Positions 62,865 to 64,000 of a stretch of 64,000 bases of DNA are shown here, in pieces. The first letter of the stretch is position 1. The number at the start of each line of letters is the position of its first letter. A model generated the notes under the pieces. That model made no database searches. It saw only the letters and a list, made by a program, of their open reading frames with translations, and was not told the DNA's origin. A program made the translations under genes and the position numbers. This stretch comes from an uncultured Alphaproteobacteria bacterium (lineage in GTDB: Bacteria > Pseudomonadota > Alphaproteobacteria > CAAHEQ01 > UBA3637), in the NCBI GenBank assembly GCA_934203105.1, contig CAKPYQ010000006.1, positions 3,288 through 67,287 of the forward strand. The letters are read 5' to 3'.

Positions 62865-64000
62865 ATGACCAAAAAATGGATTGTATGTTTATTGTGTTCG
62901 ACGTTTATTTCCGGTGCGGCTTTTGCCGGACTGGAAGACGGGATTAAGGCTTTTGAACAAAAAAAGTACGATAAAGCTTTGGAAGAATTTTCCTATCTTG
63001 CCGATGAAAACAACAATATTGCGGCGTACCATTTAGGCTTGATGTACGAAAACGGTTTGGGTGTTGAACCGTCTTTGGCAACGGCGGCGCAGTATTATTT
63101 AAAAGCATACAATGCAGGTAATACTTTGGCGGCCTCTAAATTGGGGCGTTTTTTGATTGAAGGCAAAGAAATCGATAAAAATGTAGAAGACGGTTTGAAT
63201 TTGTTGAAAACGGCCGGTCGTGCAGGGGATAAGGAAGCTTTGTATACCTTGGGCCAGCTTTATAATGCCGGCGAGTATTTGGATAAAGATTATGTTATTG
63301 CCGGCGCTTATTATCGCTTGGCGGCGTTGCAAGGTTATGCACCGGCGCAACATCAGTTAGCTTTGCTTTACTTATTTGGTCGAGGTGTTCCTCAGGATTA
63401 TTCTTTGGCTATGCGTTGGATCAGTCGCGCGGCATCACAAGGTTATGTACCGGCGCAAAAGGATTTGGCTGAATTGTTGTCATCAAACCAACGTATGATG
63501 AACTTTGTTGAAGCGTATGCTTGGTACAGCATTTTGGCAGCGTACAATAACGATGAAACCGGTACTTGGGCTGCCGATCGTCGTGATGCTTTGGCTACGC
63601 AAATCAAAGATACTAAAAACTTGATTATTGCTCAGCAATTAGCGCGCAAATGGACGCCGACACCGGCAACTCAAACAGTTCCGGAGCTTGAACGGACAGA
63701 AGCTTTGCCGATTATTCCCGGCTTTAATGATGCCGATACGTTGCGTACTTTGAAAGAGCAGAATGTGGCTATTTTAGCGGACGGTTCGGAATATGGCATT
63801 ATGTCAGATGATGTTGAACAAGCTTTGATTAAAAACGATACGACGCGTTTGGAAGAAACGGTTACAGATTGGGGTAAAAATGGTCGTCCTGATGCGTTTA
63901 CTTATTGGGGCAAGATTGTCGAACATCGTTTGCAAGATGCAGCAGGCGCGTTTAAATGGTATCAGCAAGCTGCGGATTATGGAGATCCGGAAGGTGCTTT
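62865..64000 (+). CDS. Secreted Sel1-repeat protein (EnhC/LpnE-like). The 3' end runs off the window.
   Basis: I translated from the ATG at 62865: MTKKWIVCLLCSTFISGAAFAGLEDGIKAFEQKKY... It has repeated Sel1 units (AAYHLGLMYENGLGV, ALYTLGQLYNAGEYL, AQHQLALLYLFGRGVPQDY, AQKDLAELL...). The frame is open to the window end and the ORF is absent from the track. Confidence 0.8.
   Translation, partial: MTKKWIVCLLCSTFISGAAFAGLEDGIKAFEQKKYDKALEEFSYLADENNNIAAYHLGLMYENGLGVEPSLATAAQYYLKAYNAGNTLAASKLGRFLIEGKEIDKNVEDGLNLLKTAGRAGDKEALYTLGQLYNAGEYLDKDYVIAGAYYRLAALQGYAPAQHQLALLYLFGRGVPQDYSLAMRWISRAASQGYVPAQKDLAELLSSNQRMMNFVEAYAWYSILAAYNNDETGTWAADRRDALATQIKDTKNLIIAQQLARKWTPTPATQTVPELERTEALPIIPGFNDADTLRTLKEQNVAILADGSEYGIMSDDVEQALIKNDTTRLEETVTDWGKNGRPDAFTYWGKIVEHRLQDAAGAFKWYQQAADYGDPEGA

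Overview
The window is a densely packed, mostly housekeeping chromosomal segment with about 62 protein genes. I found no tRNA or rRNA genes, CRISPR arrays, IS elements or prophage genes. Several features point to an alphaproteobacterium: gcrA, mlaD next to a DUF2155 gene, argS-SPOR-nagZ, and dusB...trkA-hfq-hflX. The moderate-to-low GC content (by eye), three secreted Sel1-repeat proteins and a leucine-rich-repeat protein suggest a host-associated or intracellular lifestyle; this is inference only. Recognisable core genes are infA, der, mutL, pgi, lspA, argS, nagZ, nth, gcrA, polA, rarA, rluC, acyP, mlaA/C/D, glyQS, rsfS, obgE, rpmA, rplU, mfd, trmFO, dusB, trkA, hfq and hflX. Many gene junctions overlap by 1-4 nt. 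Several well-placed promoters close to the sigma70 consensus, each with a 17-nt spacer, and four intrinsic terminators can be read directly.

Candidates for something undescribed, best first:
1. A polytopic membrane protein translationally coupled to a radical SAM/SPASM enzyme, with no visible substrate gene. It sits downstream of polA and a YegQ/TrhP-type U32 Fe-S protein, and faces a Cys-rich RNHCP gene.
2. An nth-coupled trio of exported or membrane proteins (DUF2207-like, DUF4140/4139-like, orphan).
3. A dUTPase-fold protein with degenerate catalytic motifs and a long acidic repeat tail, in the obg-rsfS operon.
4. A Fis-like 81-aa gene where alphaproteobacteria normally carry ntrBC-ntrYX.
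5. A 22-residue-repeat LRR protein with an unknown N-terminal domain.

None of these can be confirmed without database searches, and the interest scores reflect that.
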